Program-made: the position numbers and the translations under genes
In this document: positions 47,591 to 61,870 of the stretch, one piece after another
Layout of the letters: each line of letters starts with the position of its first letter
Numbering within the stretch: position 1 is the first letter of the stretch
Notes under the pieces: generated by a model
The model's database searches: none
What the model saw: the letters and a program-made list of their open reading frames with translations, nothing else
Told to the model about the DNA's origin: nothing
Assembly (NCBI RefSeq): GCF_963921235.1
Contig: NC_086098.1
Coordinates: 3,596,001 to 3,660,000 of the forward strand
Direction of reading: 5' to 3'
Source of the DNA: Mobula hypostoma
Taxonomy: Eukaryota
DNA length: 64,000 nt

Positions 47591-48394
47591 TGTCACGTAC
47601 CCCGTGACGAGTTAAAGAACCAGCAGAAGTGGAAAACACCTTGGAGTCTGGTATTGCTATTAACTAATAATATTTATTAGTAACTACGCGATACAGTAAT
47701 ATAAATTCAGATATACCAAACAGGTTAGCAAAATTATATATATGTACGGAAATATAAAAACCGAGCTTCTTCAAGCCGAGGGGTTAAATGGATACAGTCT
47801 TACAATGATGAGTAAAGGGAATCAGTTCACTTCGTGGTATTGAGTTGAGTAGTGATGGAGGGAGAGAGGTGTTGTGGTTGTCTGAGTAAGCCGATGCTGT
47901 CAAATCTTCCCGTTGTCCTCCAAAACATCAGACAAACTTGACCAACTTAACAGCACCGTCTTCAGATGATAGTCTACCAACCCAGGCAAAGGTTAGACAC
48001 ACGGGTAGACCCAACAGGGTCAATCTTTCACACACTAATAATCACAGATCGGTCCCTCACAATCGATCCTCCGTCCCACACTCGTGAGCACCTGAACAGG
48101 ATAGTGGTAACTTCACCACACCTCAGTCGTCTGTGTGTGTGAAACAAGCAATTACGCTGGTTTAAATACTGTTGTGCTGAACACCAGCTGTCCATCAAGT
48201 AGCTCCTCCCTTCTCTCTCTGTAGGAACTCAGAAGCTGGCAGTGTCCTTGCAGAAATCCTAAACAAACTGTGAGCAGTCTTCACCTCTCTCTCTCTCAAT
48301 AACAAGTTGTTTGTGCTGTACATCTGCACAGGCACGCTCTCTCTCTTCTTAAAAGGAATTGTCCATGTTGAATAATCCTTCAGATCTTGTCACA
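47591..48394 (-). mobile_element. Solo LTR (804 bp, probably Gypsy-type) inserted in a minus-strand CR1 3' end
   Basis: TGT...ACA termini, 4-bp TSD CTTA (47587-47590 and 48395-48398); the CR1 host is continuous across the site; AATAAA on the minus strand near 47675. Confidence 0.85.
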
Positions 48395-48724
48395 CTTAAA
48401 AGACCTTATCATGTCTGCCTCCGCCATCGTTGCTGGTAGCCCATTCCATGCACTCACCACTGTCTGAGTAAAAACTTACCCCTGACTTCTCCTCTGTACC
48501 TACTCCCCAGCACCTTAAACCTGTGTCCTCTTGTGGCAACCATTTCAGCCCTGGGAAAAAGCCTCTGACTATCCACACGATCAATGCTTCTCATCACCTT
48601 ATACACCTCATCAGTTTGTACAGTTCAGCATAGCATTGTGGACTGAAGGGCCTATACTGTGATGTAACGTTTTATGTTCTACTCAGCGCAGCTGGAAGTT
48701 TGGTGTACCAGCAAAGAGCACATA

Positions 48725-49140
48725 GAGGTTCATGAACAGGATTGAAGAACAGGCCAGTGATGTTGTGGCGATGGAACTGGACTCTCTGACGGTGGTGTCT
48801 GAAAAGAGGATGCTGTCTAAGTTGCATGCCATCTTGGACAATGTCTCCCATCCACTACATAATGTACTGGGTGGGCACAGGAGTACATTCAGCCAGAGAC
48901 TCATTCCACCGAGATGCAACACAGAGCGTCATAGGAAGTCATTCCTGCCTGTGGCCATCAAACTTCACAACTCCTCCCTTGGAGGGTCAGACACCCTGAG
49001 CCAATAGGCTGGTCCTGGACTTATTTCCTGGCATAATTTACATATTACTATTTAACTATTTATGGTTTTATTACTATTTATTATTCATGGTGCAACGGTA
49101 ATGAAAACCAATTTCCCCCGGGATCAATAAAGTATGACTT
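48725..49140 (+). mobile_element. Rex1/Babar-type LINE 3' fragment
   Basis: ORF ILDNVSHPLHNVL...RCNTERHRKSFLPVAIKLHN; ends at ggatcaataaagta. Confidence 0.8.
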
Positions 49141-50230
49141 ATAACAGAGAATGAAAATAAACAGATTTTCAGGCAGGCACGATGAGATCAATGGAGAAAG
49201 CAGAGTGTGAGATATCCAGCTTTGAAAAAGTAGATGAGACAGCATGTTGCAATAGTTCAAAGTCAAAGCTCACAGTAAATTAATTACCAAAGAACATATA
49301 CAGTACGTCACCACATAGTCCCTGAGATTCACTTTCTTGCAGGCATTCACAGAAGAACAAAGAAGCACAATAGAATCAATGAAAAACTACACACAAAGAC
49401 TGACAAAGAACCAATTTGCAAAAGAAGTCCAAATCTGCAAATACCAAAATAAAACTAGTAATAATAATAATAAATAATAAATAAATCATATTGAGAACAT
49501 GAGTTGTAGAGTTCTTGAAGTGAGTCGATAGGTTGCTCTGTGATCAGTTCAGAGTTGTGGTGAGTGAAGTTATCCATGCTGTTTCATGGTTGAAGGATAA
49601 TACTGTTCTTGAACGTAGTGATGTGGGACCTACGGCTCCTGTCCCTCCTCCCTGATGGCAACAGAGAGAAGAGAGCACTTTCTCTAGACATTTCTGTTCC
49701 TCAGCATCAGGAGCAGCAGAACCAACTGCTCTGGAAATGTAAAGCTGATATGCCCTGCCTCTCAAACAAAAGGTTTGCTACAAGAGGCCAAAATGTAATT
49801 AAAGCTCCTCAGAATCAATCAAGTTTAATATCACTGGCCTATGTCATGAAATTTTGTTGTTTCATTGCAGCAATATATTGTAATACATAATAATAAAAAA
49901 CCCACCAACTTCTACGGTAAATATGCCCAATGACTTGGCCTCCACAGCCACCCGTGGCATTGAACTCTACATACTCACCCCAGAAAGAAATGTTTCAAAA
50001 ATTCTGTTCTCCATAGACGTCTCTCTATTCTGAGTCTGTGCCCTCTAGACTTCCCCACCATAGCAAACATCATCTCCATGTCCACTCTATCTAGGCCTTT
50101 CAATGTTTGATAAGTTTCAGTGAGATCTGAACTCTTTCTTCGAAACTCCAAAAAGTACAGGCCTGGAGCCATCAAACGCTCCTCGTACATTAATCCTTCC
50201 ATTTCCAGCATCATTCTTGTTCATTTCACC

Positions 50231-50306
50231 CAGAGGTTCTGACCTGGGGTCCCCAGGACGCCTGGTTGATGGTAGGGGGTCCATGGCATAAGTTTGGGAA
50301 CCCCTG
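50231..50306. mobile_element. 76-bp hAT-type MITE (partial relative at ~56826-56901)
   Basis: Termini CAGAGGTTC...GAACCCCTG; 8-bp TSD ATTTCACC/ATTTTACC (7 of 8 match). Confidence 0.7.
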
Positions 50307-51274
50307 ATTTTACCAGATCATTTCACCAGGTGACTGGCACTGCTGGCACCTCAGATCTAAGTGGATTGTGTATGATAACATCAGTTTGAGTTTGGACAAG
50401 CTGGAAATCAGTTATGTTTTCAGTAATACTGTAAACTAAACAGTATGACAAGTGTTTCCAATTACAGTAAATAAGAACCTGCAAGGACTTGTTTTTAACC
50501 GTGACTCTTACAATGTATTTGCTCTCAAGTTTTGAAATTGTATGGGAACATTACTTACAAAGCTTATTGCAAAGAAATAAAGGCTGATGAACATGAATTT
50601 TGTATTTATTTTATCTTATTTTACATGATTCTTCCTGAAAGAGTGTTGGAAGCTAATTCAACAGCAACATTCAATAAGGAATTGGATAAATATTTGACAA
50701 GAAAAATCTACAGAACCTTGGGGAAATGTTGAAAGACTGACTGGTTAATAGTCAACACTGTTTAGATTTGGCATGACATCGAAAGCATTGACAAACTTTT
50801 ATAGATGTGTGGAGGAGTGTATATTGATTGGTTGCATCATGGCCTGGGGTGGAAACACCCATGCCCTTGAATGGAAAATCCTACAAAAGTAGTGTAGCTG
50901 AGTCCATCACAGGTAAAGCCCACCCACCATTGAGCACATCTACAAGGAGCACTGTCACAAGAATTCATCAGGGACCCCCACCATCCAGGCAATGCTCTTT
51001 TCTCACTGCTGCCATCAGGAAGGTACAGGAGCCTCAGGAAACCGACCATCAGGTTCAGGAACAGTTATTAGCCCTCAACCATCAGGCTCCTGAACCAGAG
51101 GGGATAACTAACTCAATTTCACTTGCCCCATCACTGAACTGTTCTCACAACCTATGGACTCCCTTCTAAGGCTGTTCATCTCATGTTCTCGATATTTATT
51201 TATTTAATATTATTATTATTATTTCTTTCTTTTTTTTGTATTTGAACAGTTTGTTATCTTTTGCACATTGGTTG

Positions 51275-52970
51275 TTTGTTAATTATAGGCCGGTTAGCTT
51301 GACTTCGGTGGTTACGAAGATGTTGGAGTCCATTATTAAGGATGAATTTTCAGGGTATTTGGAGGCACATGATAATACAGGCCAAATTCAGCATGGTTTC
51401 CTTAAAGGGAAAATCTTGCCTGACAAATTTGTTAGAATTCTTTGAAGAAGTTTCAAGCACATGGCCAAGTGGTTAAGGCGTTCGACTAGCGATTTGAAGG
51501 TCGTGAGTTCGAGCCCCAGCCAAGGCAGTGTGTTGTGTCCTTGAGCAAGGCACTTAGTCACACATTGCTCTGCGATGACACTGGTGCCAAGCTGTATGGG
51601 TCCTAATGCCCTTCCCTTGGACAACATTGGTGTAGTGGAGAGGGGAGACTTGCAGCATGGGCAACTACTGGTCTTCCATACAACCTTGCCCAGGCCTGCG
51701 CCCTGGAGAGTGAAGACTTTCCAAGCGCAGATCCATGGTCTCACAAGACTAATGGATGCCTTTACTTAGACAAAGGAGAATCGGTTTGACGTGTACTTGA
51801 ATTTTCAGAAGGCCTTTGACAAGATGTCACACATAAGGCTGCTTAACAAGATAAGAGCACATGGTTTTACAGGAAAGATTTACAGGAAAACATGGATAGA
51901 AGATTATCTGAATGGCAGGCGGCAAGAGTGGGAATAAAGGGAGCCTTTTCTGGTTGGCTTCTGGTGACTAGAGTTGTTCTGCAGGGATTGGTCTTGGGGC
52001 TACTTCTTTTTACATTACATGTCGATGATTTGAATGATGGAATTGATGGCTTTGTGGCTAAGTTTGTGGATGATACAAAGATAGGTGGAGGGACAAGTAG
52101 TGCTGAGGAAGCAGGGAGACTGCGGAAGGACTTAGGTTAAGAGAATGGGAATAGGAGTAGCATATGGAATATAGTGAAGGGAAGTGTATGGTCATGCACT
52201 TTGGAAGAAGGAATGAAAGCACAAACTATTTTCTAAACAAAGCGAATATTCAAAAATGAGAGGTGCAAAGGGACTTGTGTGTCCTTGTACAGGATTTCCT
52301 GAAGGTTACCTTACAGGCTGAGTCAGTGGTGAGGAAGGCAAATGCATTGCTATCATTCATTTCGAGGGGATGAGAATATAACAGCAAGGATGTAATGCTG
52401 AGGCTTTTTAAGGCACTGGCCAGACCACACTTGGAGTATTGTGAGCAGTATTTGAGAAAGATTTGCTGGCATTGGAGAGGGTTTAGAGGAGGTTCAAGAG
52501 AATTATTCAAAGAATTAAAGGGTTATTGTATGGGGAGTGTTTGATGGCCCTGAACCTGCAGTCACTGGAGTTTAGAAGAATGAGGGGGGGAACTCATTGA
52601 ATTCTATCGAGTATTGAAAGGTCTGGTTACAGTGGATGTGGGGAAGATGTTTCTGATAGTGGGTGAGTCTAGGACCAGGGAACACAGGCTCAGACCAGGG
52701 GAGCGTCCATTTAGAACAGAGAAGGAATTTCTTTAGCCAGAGGGTGGTCGATCTGTGGAATTCATTGCCACAGACAGCTCGGAGGTCAAGTCACTGGGTA
52801 TATTTAGTGGAGATGAAAGGTTCTTAACTAGTCAGGGTGTCAAAGGATATGGAATAAGGCAGGAGAATGGTGTTGAGAGGGATAACGAATTAGCCATGAT
52901 GGAATGGAGGAGCAGACTCGATAGGCCAAATGGTCTAATTCTGCTGCTATTTCTTCTGGTCTTATATTCT
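51275..52970 (+). mobile_element. Degenerate CR1 ORF2/3' fragment
   Basis: NYRPVSLTSVV and FVAKFVDDTKIGG among many stops; collinear with 26310-27720. Confidence 0.9.
51457..51765 (+). mobile_element. tRNA-derived CORE-like SINE nested in CR1
   Basis: A box TGGCCAAGTGG, B box GTTCGAGCC, CORE-like GTGTCCTTGAGCAAGGCACTTA. Confidence 0.75.
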
Positions 52971-55900
52971 TGTCCTGTTAGGCACAGTCTTTCACTGGCT
53001 CCATTGTGTTTCTTGTACTTATAGTGAATGCCAACAAGACGTACTTTGATAATAAATTTATATTGAACATTGTACCTGGAAAGATTTTTGGCAAGGACTC
53101 TATTGCTGTAATTTTCATACACCTAAGTATAAAATCACATCTGTGTGACTGCAGTACCGAACAAATAAAAAACGTACTTGTGCCTTGTCCTAGTGAGAAA
53201 CGTTTTTATCCAGCTATGTAGTTCAGATTAATAGAATTTTCATTAATAGTTATTATGTAAATTGGGTGGTGAAAATTCCAAAGAATTTGTTCATATCTAC
53301 GCTTTGCATAATTGGAGCACAGTGATGGTTAAATTGAAAACTGCCACATGGAAACTCACAAAAATGTTTTTCTTCGAAACAGTCTGAACACGACGTGGCA
53401 ATTAAATTCCAACATCTAATTCAAGCCCGGAATTGAAGTACTAATCAAGTTCAATTTTATTGTCATCTGACTGCACATATACACAACCAAGTGAAACAAC
53501 GTTCTTCCAGACCACAGTGCACCCACAAAACATGTAACACACACAGAACATAAAACAAAATATTACCATAGGTAAGTTAATGATGCTATTTTAAATACAT
53601 GTAGCACAGGTAAACTGTAAACAGCAAACAGCTCAGTAAACAGCTTGCTGTCCTGGTGATGAGACCTCGGTGGAAGCAGGGTGTTCATCAGTTTCACAGC
53701 CTGTGGGAAGAAGCTATTACCCAGTCTGACAGTCCTAGCCCTAATGCTCCTGTACCTCCTCCCTGAAGAGATTGTGGGATGGGTGATAGGGGTCCTCACA
53801 ATGATTCAGGCTCTTTGTATACAACGCTCCCAGTAAATGTCACAAATGGGGAAGAAGGAGACCCCGGTGATCATCTCAGTGATTTTTACTGCCCTACTTA
53901 CTAATTTACTAATTTGCTTCGGACTCACAATATCAGCGGGAGGTTATGAAGATCACATCATCTGATGAGTCAAATGCCCTTTTTATTTAAGGTTAGTGTC
54001 AATTTGCACCCATTTTGTGCTGGGCAGAGATGACAGAAATGTCATTTCAATTTACAAATTACACAATAAAACTTCAAGGTGGACTAACTGTGACTACAAT
54101 AAAAGGGTTTGTTGGCAGGATTAAAGCTGGGTACCAAAGTAACTGAACGATTTGTTAATCTATTTAATCAACAGGGACAGAATGGGCATTGGCCATCCAT
54201 AGTCAAGGTGGGATAACATCCAACTCTTCTCCTAGGATCATCACCTTATCATGGTGGAGAGGCTTGTGAGTTCCCGCCACTGTCAGTAAGGGGTTTGTCC
54301 GTCCTCCCCGTGACTGCATGAGATTACTCCACGTGCTCCAGTTTCCACTCACAGTCCAAAGATGTACCAGTTGGTAGGTTAACTGATCATTGTAAGTTGC
54401 CCTGTGATCAGGCTCGGGTTAAATCGGGGGTTGCTTGGCTGTGCAGCTATTCTGCACTGTATGTCAAAAAATAAATAAATTAAACCTGAGATCCCGAGAG
54501 TGATGCCATCTGGAGTTACCCATGGCTGCAAGTTCAAGGCAGAGGTTCCAGACAAAGAGCGATCCAACCAGCGGTGGAGCTGGCAGAAGATGATGATGCA
54601 TCACAACAGCAGTGGAGGTGGAAGAAGGCTGCAGCAGTGAAGAATCCTCAGTTGTCTTGCATTCCAAACCACTAGACCCTGAACCCCATCTGTCAAGGAC
54701 AGTGTGGTGGCTGCCTGTGCGTCATGTTAAACAAGACATCCGCCTTTAAGGGAATAACCCTTGGGAGAACATCATACTTGACTCAAGTGACCGCACTACA
54801 AAATCCACCTTTGAAACAGGTGCTAGAAGTTAAACTGTCCAAAGCACATGGACTTCAGGGAGATGAAGGCTGACCACTACTAACATCTCCTCCATGGAGT
54901 GAGTTAGGAACACCAAGTTTCTGGGAGTGCACATAATGAACGATTTCACTTGATCCTTCAAAACCACCTCACTGGTCAACAAAACACTCCACTTCCTGAG
55001 GAGATTGAGTCCAGCGAGGCCCCAATCCCCCCATTCTAACTAAGCGCCATTGAGATTGTCCTGACCAGCTGGATCACTATCCAACACAGGATTTGTAAGG
55101 CATCTGACCACAATACCCCACAATGTATTGCAAGGACTGCTGAGAGTATCATCAGGGTCTCTTTTCCACTCATCAGAGATATTTATTCAGGGCATTGCAC
55201 ATACAGGGACGTTAACACTTTCAATGACCTCTCCCATCTGTCCAGCAATTTCTCTGACGCCCTACCACCAAGCAGGAGGTACCGTAGCATGAGGACAAGA
55301 GCTGTTAGGATGGGAAACAGCTTCTTCCCCCAGGCCGTGAGACGATTGGACTCCCTACCACCACTTAGGGCTTATCACATATGATGCGCCAGTAACGTTG
55401 TAGTGGTTATTTTTTAACTTGTGTGACAAATGCACCTTATTGTTTGTTAATTTATTTGTGAGAATATTACTTTGTGTGTTGTGTGTGAGTTATATGTTGT
55501 GCACCTTGGTCCAGAGGAACATTGTTTCATTTGGCAGTACACATGTGTACGGTTAAATGACAATAAAGTGAGCTTGAACTTGTCTGAACAGAAGGCACAG
55601 GAACAGTTAACCATTTGACTCACAGAGCCTGCTTCCCCAATCAACAACATGATCATTTGCAACACTAGCACATCTTCCTTTCAGTCCTACAGTCCAACCA
55701 TGTTTACACCTAATTCTGAGGCTGTGGTCCCTGCACACAGACTATCTCTCTGCAGTCCTTGAAAACATTTCATGTTTCACTGAGGTAATTTTATATAGTT
55801 TATTGTCAGTAACAGGTAACTATGGATAATAAAACCAAGTGGAATTTGTTACAGCTAGCATCAAGGAGGCTGTACAGGAGCCTGAAGATTTCTGGAATAG

Positions 55901-56006
55901 CTTCTTCCCCTCAGTCATCAGATTCTGAATGGACAATGAATCCATGTTTCTTTCTGCTCTCTTTTTGCACTACTTGTTTAATTTAACACATATATATACA
56001 TATTGC

Positions 56007-56037
<31 letters not shown>

Positions 56038-57037
56038 GTTATTATAATTTATAGCTTTTTAAATTATGTTTAAAAACTCCTGTCACAAAACAACAAGTTT
56101 TAAGACATATGATTAAGATTAAGTTTCTATGTCTCAGTGTTAAGATGGAGATGTAAAGATTCAGATTCTGTTAGGATTCCCTCAATGTAGACCAACTTGG
56201 AGTACTGTGTCCAGTTCTGGTCACCTCATTATAAGAAGGATATGGAAGCTTTAGAGAGGGTGCAGAGGAGATTTACCAGGATACTGCCTGGATTAGAGAG
56301 CATATATTATGAGGAGAGGTTGAGCGAGCTCGGGCGTTTCTCTCTGAGCGAAGGAGGATGAGAGATGACTTCATGGAGACAACAAGACAATAAGAGGCAT
56401 AGACAGCGTGGACAGCCACAGACCTTTTACTAGGTGACAATGGCTAATATGATAGGGGATAATTTTAAGGTGATTGAGGAAAGTACAGGAGGATTATCAA
56501 AATGAGGTCTTTTTTACACAGACAGAGGTAACACAAGAAAGCAGCACTGCTCGAAGAAAGCAGCATCCATCATCAAGGACGCCCTACCATCGAGGTCAGA
56601 CTCACTTCTCCCTGCTGCTATCGGTAAGGAGGTACAGAAGCCTTAGGTTCAGGAAAAGTTATTACCTTCTCCTTAGTAGTAGCAACTCCACTCACTTCTG
56701 CCCTGTGACATTCTCAAATTCCTGGCATATGGCTAGTGTCTTCTACAGTGAATATTGACACAAAATATTGAGAACATGAGCTGTAGAGTTCTTGAAAGTG
56801 AGTGAAATTATCCACACTCATTCAGGCTCCCACCTTGGGGCCCACAGACCCCCTCAGTTAATGGTAGGGGTCCATGGCATCAAAAAGGTTGGGAACCCCT
56901 GTATCTTAAAGTCTGTTAAAAGGTTTGCACAACACCATGGGCTGAAGAGGCTGTACTGTGCTATACCGTTCCATGTTCTATGTTCTCTGAGATGTGAAGA
57001 GTGTCACCTTAATGCAGATTTTTGTTTCTTTAACTAA

Positions 57038-57562
57038 TCAGAATCAGAATCAGGTTTATTATCACCGGCATGTGACGTGGAATTTGTTAACTTAGCAGCA
57101 GCAGTTCAATGCAACACATAATCTAGTAGAGAGAGAAAAATAATAATAATAATAATAAATAAAATAAAACATAATAATAAGTAAACAAGTAACTCAATTA
57201 CGTATATTGAATAGATTTTTAAAATTATGTGGAAACAGAAATACTGTATATTAAAAAAAGTGAGGTAGTGTCCAAAGCTTCAAAGTCCATTTAGGAATCG
57301 GATGGCAGAGGGGAAGAAGCTGTTCCTGAATCGCTGAGGGTGTGCCTTCAGGCTTCTGTACCTCCTACCTGATGGTAGCAGTGAGAAAAGGGCATGCCCT
57401 GGGTGCCTGAGGTCCTTAATAATGGACGCTGTCTTTCTGAGACACCGCTCTCTAAAGATGTCCTGGGTACTTTGTAGACTAGTGCCCAAGATGGAGCTGA
57501 CTAGATTTACAACCCTCTGCAGCTTCTTTTGGTCCTGTGCAGTAGCCCCTCCGTACCAGACA
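57038..57562 (-). mobile_element. Rex1-like 3' fragment with an (ATTCTG)n tail
   Basis: WYGGATAQDQKKLQRVV...HALFSLLPSGRRYRSL...FRNSFFPSAIRFLN; one of many similar fragments in the window. Confidence 0.85.
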
Positions 57563-58521
57563 GGGACATTTTTTGAAATCACTGAATAAAATGATATCTG
57601 CAAGCACTTTACTGCACCCTGAAAGATGGGAAAAGCCTTGAACAGTGAACAAAATAACAAAAGTTTTGAGTTTTATTTCAGATATCTCGTTCAAAACAAG
57701 AAAACACAAATAGAGGTCAAAATCAGATTCCAAACAAATCAATCCCACTGAGGTATTTTATCTACATGGCAACAGTGAGTGGGCCAAGCAAGAAAAATGA
57801 GCCAGTTGTTTGAGTGAACGGATCAATGCAGGAAATGTCACCAGGGTGAATTGATTTTCAAAACTATAATAGAAAAACTCAGTTAATGATGGATTCATCA
57901 AAGGCTGAAAGAACTTTCATTCACTTCCTCAGGTTCTCCCTAAGTGCTCTACAGTTACTGAAGAAAGAAAATAACTACCCAACACATCACCAGCACTAGC
58001 GTACCTGCCATCAAGGACATATATACTGAAAGGGTTAGGAAGAGGGCTAATAACATCATGAAGGATCACATCCACACTGCTCCTGGGCAGTTTGTCCATC
58101 TTCAATCAGGGAGCAGGCTATGTAACATTTGTGCCGGGACCACCAGACTCATTAAAACGTCAAGCTGATCAACTAACCCACCCCTCCACACCACTGACCA
58201 CCACTACTTTATCATTCCTGTCAGTCACCTTATGTACAGACTCTCCTGTGCCTAGCATCACTTTATGGACTTACGATGTATAGAAGCTACCTTATGCATT
58301 TATATTTATTGTGTTTTTTATGATTATGTTCTTTATCTTACTGTGTTTTATTTTGTGTTGCATCAGATCCGGAACAACAATTAGTTTGTACTCCTTCGCA
58401 CTTGTGTACTGAAAATGACATTAAACAATCTTGAATCCGGAATCATAAGGAATAAAAGAAGGACCAGGCCTTAAAACCTTTGAACCTATTGTCATTCAGT
58501 GAGATTATGGCCAATCAAATA

Positions 58522-58599
58522 CAGTACGCTGCCAAAGTTTTAGGCATCCTACTTACATACAGTATACGTATATGTGCCTAAGACTTTTGCACAATGCTG
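58522..58599. mobile_element. 78-bp Tc1/mariner-type MITE
   Basis: TA-flanked imperfect inverted repeats CAGTACGCTGCCAAAGTTTTAGGCA / TGCCTAAGACTTTTGCACAATGCTG. Confidence 0.65.
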
Positions 58600-58634
58600 T
58601 ATTTTGGAGCAGAAAACAAGTTTGTAAATCCAGA

Positions 58635-58729
58635 GGGAGCAAAGGGCGTTGGGAATGGCGAGAGTGGAGCAAAGGACGTTGGGAATGGCGAGAGTGGAGC
58701 AAAGGACGTTGGGAATGGCAAGAGTGGAG
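58635..58729. repeat. 30-bp tandem repeat, about 3 copies
   Basis: GGAGCAAAGGACGTTGGGAATGGCGAGAGT unit. Confidence 0.9.
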
Positions 58730-59199
58730 GGGTGTGGGATGGGGAGCAGAGAAGAATTGCCAGGTTCGGGAGCTGGCGCGGGTGCTCCTCATTCTCTCCC
58801 ATTTTGCTTTGAATGGTATCGCAATGATTTGCTTATCTTCATGGGCTCCGTGAATGCTCAGTTCCTGAGATAAAAGCTCAATGCAAAGTGAACATGTTTT
58901 TTCCTATCTAATCATCCATTGTGAGATAGTCCCAACGGTTTCTAAAATCTTGTCTCTATCCACACGAAGGGCTCTTTTCCAAGGAGCTGATTACATTGTG
59001 TAGATTGGTGAATCATCCTGTTGATAATTCTGGCATGGATTGATACGAAATTATGACATGGCACAGTTACCATTCCAAAAAAGAGCTTTGACTGGCGGTC
59101 AATCTGGACGATGGAAGTTTTGAGAGGAGGAGACTTCAAGCAGGTCCACCGCCTGAGTACAAGAGGCTGCAGCAGGTCGTTGCAATGAAAAGGAGCTTT

Positions 59200-61870
59200 G
59201 TCCAGTGACCAATCAGCACTTGGGATTGATTAACAAGAACAAATTAAAGGAGGGTGGGAGCAAGCGCAGCGGCCATCGTCTGAGTGGACAGAGTCAGGGT
59301 GGTGACATTGAGCCTTTAGCTCTTCGAGGCTTCCGTGATGAGAGGCTTCAGTCAGGGAAAGCCAAAAAAAAGATCAGTTGCAATGTAAAATGCAGACAAA
59401 ATCGAAAGGGACTGAATGGCACAGTATATGGCATAAGGCAGATTGGCAGGTATGATATTGTAGGCATCACTGAACCATGGCTGAAAGAAGATTTTGGGTG
59501 AGAGCTTAATGTCCAAGGATACACATTGTGTTGAAAGGAAAGGCAGGAAGGCAGAGGGGGTGGCATTTCTCTGATGGTAATAAATGAAATCAAATCAATA
59601 GAAAGAGGCAACATAGGGTCAGAAGTGGATAGAGCTAAGAAACTGCCAGTGTATAAATACCCTGATGGGAGTTGTACACAGACCCCCAAACTGTAGTAAG
59701 AATGTGGTCTACAAGTTGCAAAAAAGATAGAAAATACATGCCAAAGAGCAATGTTAAAATAGTCATGGGGGATTTCAATATGCAGGTAGACTGGGAAAAT
59801 CAGGTTGGCGCTGGATTCCAGGAGGCAAAATTTCTAGAGTGCCTATGAGATGGCAATTTAGAGCAGCTCATGGTTGAGCTATTCTGGATTGGGTGTTGTG
59901 TAATGAACTAGAACTGATTCGAGAGCTTAAGGTAAAAGAACCCTTAGAGGCAAGTGATCATAATATGATTGAATTCATCCTGATTGAGAAGGAGAAGCTA
60001 AAGTGAGATGTATCAGTATTACAGTGGAGTAAATGCTGGAGAGGTAGTAATCGGGGACAACGAAATGGTGGATGAACTGAATTTTGTGTCAGTCTTCACT
60101 GTGGAAAACACTAGCTGTACAGTGGCAGTACTAGGATCCAGGGGTCTCGAACTGTGTGAAGTTACCATAACTAGAGAGGATCTCGGGAAAATGAAGGACT
60201 GAAGGTAGGTCACCTGGACCGGATGGTGTACACCCCAGAGTTCTGAAAGAGGTGGCTGAAGAGATTCTGGAGACATTAGTACTGATCATTCAAGAATCAC
60301 AAGATTCTGAATGGTTCTGGAAGAATGGAAAATTGCAAATGCCACTCCACACTTCAAGAAGGGAGAGAGACAGAAGAAAGGAAATTTTAGGCCAGTTAAT
60401 CTGACCTCAGTGGTTAGGAAGATGTTGGTGCCGATTATTAAGGTTGAGATCTCAGGCTACTTGGAGGCACCTGATAAAATAGGTCGTAGGCAGCATGATT
60501 TCCTGAAGGGAAAGTCTTGCCTGAAAAAGCTGTTGGAATTCTTTGAAGAAATAACAAACAAGATAGACAAAGGAAAACTGTTTGATGTTGTGTACTTGGA
60601 TTTTCAGAAGGTCTTTGACAAGGTGCCACATATGAAGCTGATTAAGAAGCTGCGAGCTCGTGGTATTACAGGACAGATTTCAGTTTGGATAAAGCAGTGA
60701 CTGACTGGCAAGAGGCAAAGAGGGGGATTAAAGGGAGCCTTTTCTGACTGGCTGCTGGTGTATTTTGGTATTCCACAGTGGTCAGTGTTGGGAGCGATCC
60801 TTTTATGTTATATGTCGATGATCTGGATGATGGAATTGATAAAGTCTGCAGATTATATGAAGATATGTTGAGCAGCAGGTAGTTTCGAAGAAGTAGAAGT
60901 TAACATATGAGGAGCGTTATGCAGCTTTAGGTCTGCACTCACTGGAATTTAGAAGAATGCATGGGGATCTCATTGAATCCTATCAAATGTTGAAAGGACT
61001 AGATAAAGTGAATGTGGAGAGGATGTTTCCTATGGTGAGGCTATCCAGAACCAGAAGGCACAGCATAAAAATTGAAGGGTGATCTTTTAGGACAGAAGTA
61101 AAGAGTGGTGAAACTGTGGAATGTCACAAACTGCGGTGGAGGTCAAGTCCGTGGGTATATTCAAAGCAGAAGTTGATAGATTCCTGACTGGTTGAGGCAT
61201 CAAGGGATATGCTGAGAAAACAGGTATATGGGGTTGAATGGGATCCAATTGCAAGTATGTGAGGAAGGCAAATGCAATGTCAACATTCATTTCAAGAGGA
61301 CTAGGATATAAAAACAAGGATGTAATGTTGAGACTTTACTAAGCACGGGCGAGGCTTCACTTGGAGTATTGTGAGCAGTTTTGGACTCCTTATCCCAGAA
61401 AGGATGTGCTGAAACTGGAGAGGGTTCAAAGGAGATTCACAAAAATGATTCCAGGATTGAATGGCTTGAAATACGAAGGGGATTTGATGGCTCCTAGCCT
61501 GTATTCACTAGAATTCAGAAGAATGAGCGGTGACCTCATTGAAACCTCTTGAATGGTGAAAGGCCTTGATAGCATAGCCTCAGAAAAAAGAGACATCCTT
61601 TTAGAATGGAGATGAGGAAGAATTTCTTTAGCCAGAGAGTGATGAATCTGTGGAATTCTTTACCACAGGCAGCTGTGGAGCCCAAGCCCTTATGTATATT
61701 TAAGACAGGGGTTGATAGATTCTTGAATGGTCAGCCCATGAGGGATATGAGGAAAAGGCAGGAGACAGAGGCTGAGAGGAAAATTGGATCAGCCATGTTG
61801 AAATAGCAGAACTGACTCATTTGGCCAAATGGCCTAATTCTGCCCCTATCACTTATGGTCGTGTGATCTT
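59200..61870 (+). mobile_element. Old CR1 LINE with multiple internal deletions and a second CR1 3' fragment inside (~60897-61248)
   Basis: YDIVGITEPWL, NFRPVNLTSVV and YLDFQKVFDKV; no ORF1 seen; the 3' region occurs twice. Confidence 0.85.

Noticed and set aside
51457..51530. Possible tRNA gene
   Set aside because: A and B boxes are present, but there is no proper acceptor stem or poly-T terminator and it continues into a SINE body.
53075..53121. Minus-strand 47-nt segment near 53075-53121 with AG/GT boundaries (VYENYSNRVLAKNLS or CMKITAIESLPKIFP)
   Set aside because: Weak donor, no recognisable homology and no partner exon; cannot be supported.
57682..57752. Plus-strand 71-nt exon-like segment (ttttatttcag|...GAG|gtattt)
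   Set aside because: No recognisable product or neighbouring exons; such signals arise by chance in AT-rich DNA.
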